Shown piece after piece: positions 60,274 through 60,814 of a stretch of DNA of 60,814 nt. Positions within the stretch are counted from its first letter, which is position 1; each line of letters opens with the position of its first letter. The DNA comes from an uncultured Clostridia bacterium (GTDB lineage Bacteria; Bacillota; Clostridia; Oscillospirales; CAG-272). Below the pieces are notes generated by a model. It did not search any database, was not told the origin of the DNA, and saw only the letters and a list, made by a program, of their open reading frames with translations. A program made the translations under genes and the position numbers. The stretch spans positions 1 to 60,814 of the forward strand of contig CALWTY010000006.1 of assembly GCA_944384585.1 (NCBI GenBank), in the 5' to 3' direction.

Positions 60274-60330
60274 ATGATTGTGGCGCAGCTCAGCAATTCA
60301 AAACAAAATTCAGGAGGTAAAGAAAGATGA
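60274..60330 (+). CDS. Putative 18-aa micro-ORF overlapping the DUF4314 start
   Basis: AAGGAG 8 nt before ATG; MIVAQLSNSKQNSGGKER*; ATGA overlap. Confidence 0.35.
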   Translation: MIVAQLSNSKQNSGGKER

Positions 60331-60623
60331 ATGATTGGGAACGATTACACAGACAAGCCGAGAGATATAAACAGTCATATCCCCCGGGAACAAGAGTAAT
60401 GCTGCTTAATATGAACGACCCATATTCTCCCGTTGAAAGCGGTATGCGCGGAACGGTTCAGAGTGTGGATGATATCGGTCAACTCCTAATGAAATGGGAT
60501 AATGGCAGAGCGCTTGCGCTGATCCCCGGCGAAGACTCATTCCGTCGATTGACACAGGAAGAAATCGACCGGGAGTTACAGGAACAAGCTCAGGAACAGA
60601 CTATCAGCGAACAATCTATGTAA
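60327..60623 (+). CDS. DUF4314 domain protein
   Basis: YPPGTRV..MNDPY..GTV..VDDIGQ..WDNG..L.LIPGEDSF; RBS AGGAGG. Confidence 0.85.
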   Translation: MNDWERLHRQAERYKQSYPPGTRVMLLNMNDPYSPVESGMRGTVQSVDDIGQLLMKWDNGRALALIPGEDSFRRLTQEEIDRELQEQAQEQTISEQSM

Positions 60624-60659
60624 ATGTGAGGTGAAGCAGAAAAGCAGGACGGATGCCCT

Positions 60660-60814
60660 ATGGCAATCCCATTCATTGATTTGTGTTCGGGTATCGGCGG
60701 CTTTCATTCCGGACTCGTAAATACAGGTCATTACAGATGCGTCGGTCATGCAGAAATTGATAAGAACGCAGAAAAAGCGTATAACGCCATTTACGGAGAA
60801 GAAGGAGGTTTGAA
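60660..60814 (+). CDS. DNA cytosine-5 methyltransferase (N-terminal part, cut by the window edge)
   Basis: MAIPFIDLCSGIGGF...AEIDKNA matches motifs I and II; not in the supplied ORF track. Confidence 0.8.
   Translation, partial: MAIPFIDLCSGIGGFHSGLVNTGHYRCVGHAEIDKNAEKAYNAIYGEEGGL

Larger units (their letters stand above)
58415..60814. mobile_element. Left part of a probable ICE or genomic island next to tRNA-fMet
   Basis: Visible GC drop; DUF4314 and C5 methyltransferase cargo; integrase and second att site are not in the window. Confidence 0.6.

Noticed and set aside
58763-60645. 14-bp direct repeat TGAAGCAGAAAAGC at 58763-58776 and 60632-60645 as a target duplication
   Set aside because: One copy lies inside the inferred IS end, IS110 elements do not make such duplications, and the CT-core boundaries explain the data better

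Overview
A GC-rich chromosomal segment from a Clostridia-like Firmicute (sigmaA promoters, AGGAG Shine-Dalgarno sites, CIRCE, DacF-like carboxypeptidase). (1) 1-11.9 kb is a visibly lower-GC accessory catabolic cluster: a degenerate M24 peptidase-fold protein, an ASRT-family protein, a solute-binding lipoprotein, two paralogous ~900-aa glycoside-hydrolase-like proteins, two surface-anchored proteins and an MlrC/M81 hydrolase. (2) 12-26 kb is a ZMP/ZTP-riboswitch-led operon: purE-C-F-M-N, a PurO-like cyclohydrolase, a truncated purH, purD, purL, fhs and an esterase. (3) 26-58 kb is mostly housekeeping: rimP-nusA-ylxR-L7Ae-infB, ygiQ, a type IA topoisomerase, dusB, an ECF sigma/anti-sigma pair, ABC-F, CDF, OGG, deoD, clpB, dac, an M29 aminopeptidase, mtaB, Crp/Fnr, GNAT, radC, nadC and DUF4317. 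(4) tRNA-Leu(TAA) and tRNA-fMet are followed by an AT-richer ICE-like element (DUF4314, C5 DNA methyltransferase) that contains an apparently complete IS110 element. The standout is that IS110. Its ends, CT core, circle-junction promoter and bridge-RNA guide segments can be read by eye, and its target-binding loop appears programmed for a Shine-Dalgarno sequence (ACGAAAGGAGGAAT), with the ribosome-binding site regenerated after insertion. All calls come from reading motifs by eye; no searches or folding programs were run.
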